Shown one piece after another: positions 63,490 to 64,000 of a stretch of DNA of 64,000 nucleotides. Position numbers and translations under genes: made by a program. Every line of letters starts with the position of its first letter. Position 1 is the first letter of the stretch. This stretch comes from Eledone cirrhosa (lineage: Eukaryota). Under the pieces are notes generated by a model, which saw nothing but the letters and a program-made list of their open reading frames with translations, had not been told where the DNA came from and ran no database searches. The stretch covers positions 51,708,001 through 51,772,000 of the forward strand of contig OZ024750.1 of the NCBI GenBank assembly GCA_964016885.1. Reading direction: 5' to 3'.

Positions 63490-63830
63490 CCAAAATTATA
63501 TTAAGGGTTGAAACAGCGATGTATACATGAATGTATGCAGAGTATATTTGGCAACATACCGTCTGTTTAATTAAAAACATTTTGAAGACCTTACGCTATC
63601 ATTTTAAAGTAGTGACTATGTCACTTACTTCTTTTCGGCGGAAGAGGGCAGTACGTAGCTCTGATGATTGCCAAACAGCATGAAACAGATTGTCAGCTTC
63701 TTTCCCTTCTTTCGCCGAAAAGAAGTTAGTGACATAGTCACTACTTTAAAATTATAGCGTATGGCTTTCAAAATGTTTTTAATTAAACATACGGTATATT
63801 ACCAAATATACTATGCACACATACATATAT
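63490..63830. mobile_element. Mini fold-back element related to family E
   Basis: Arms ~63525-63648 and ~63705-63828; tail on the left; a further copy starts at ~63876 and runs towards the window edge. Confidence 0.8.
63657..63698 (+). ncRNA. Type I hammerhead ribozyme in the fold-back loop (family E, canonical core)
   Basis: AGCT-CTGATGA-TTGC(CAAACA)GCAT-GAAA-CAGATTG-TC^-AGCT; base of stem II is a T.T mismatch. Confidence 0.75.
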
Positions 63831-63845
63831 ATATACGTATATATC

Positions 63846-63877
<32 letters not shown>

Positions 63878-64000
63878 GAATGTATGCATAGTATATTTGG
63901 CAATATACAGTATGTTTAATTAAACACATTTTGAAGACCTTACGCTTTCATTTTAAAGTAGTGACTATATATCACTTTTTGATGAGTTGTAGTGCACCTG

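Overview
AT-rich, microsatellite-saturated eukaryotic DNA with no recognisable host gene. The SINE families and repeat load suggest an octopus or other coleoid cephalopod, which is inference only. Nearly all long six-frame ORFs are microsatellite read-through. Real coding remnants are all mobile: two R4/Dong-type RLE LINEs, RTE and L1/Tx1 fragments, a Helitron Rep fragment plus non-autonomous Helitrons, a DD41D Tc1/mariner fragment, and three Penelope-like elements (PLEs). One PLE has an uninterrupted RT + GIY-YIG frame (58163-60523). A ~12 kb block of tandem repeats lies at 41.7-53.6 kb. The main hidden signal is a dense population of short elements inserted into (TA)n tracts. Many have the architecture (TA)n - inverted arm - tiny loop - sense arm - unpaired tail - (TA)n. 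Many carry a minimal type I hammerhead ribozyme fold (stem I, CUGANGA, stem II, GAAA, short or palindromic stem III, UH), in at least six sequence families. The same fold sits in the 3' end of the intact PLE, and the same inverted architecture appears at 4 kb scale around a second PLE, linking the mini-hairpins to PLE retrotransposition. A second class of inverted duplications is centred on microsatellites. All folds and alignments were read by eye; coordinates are approximate to a few bases.
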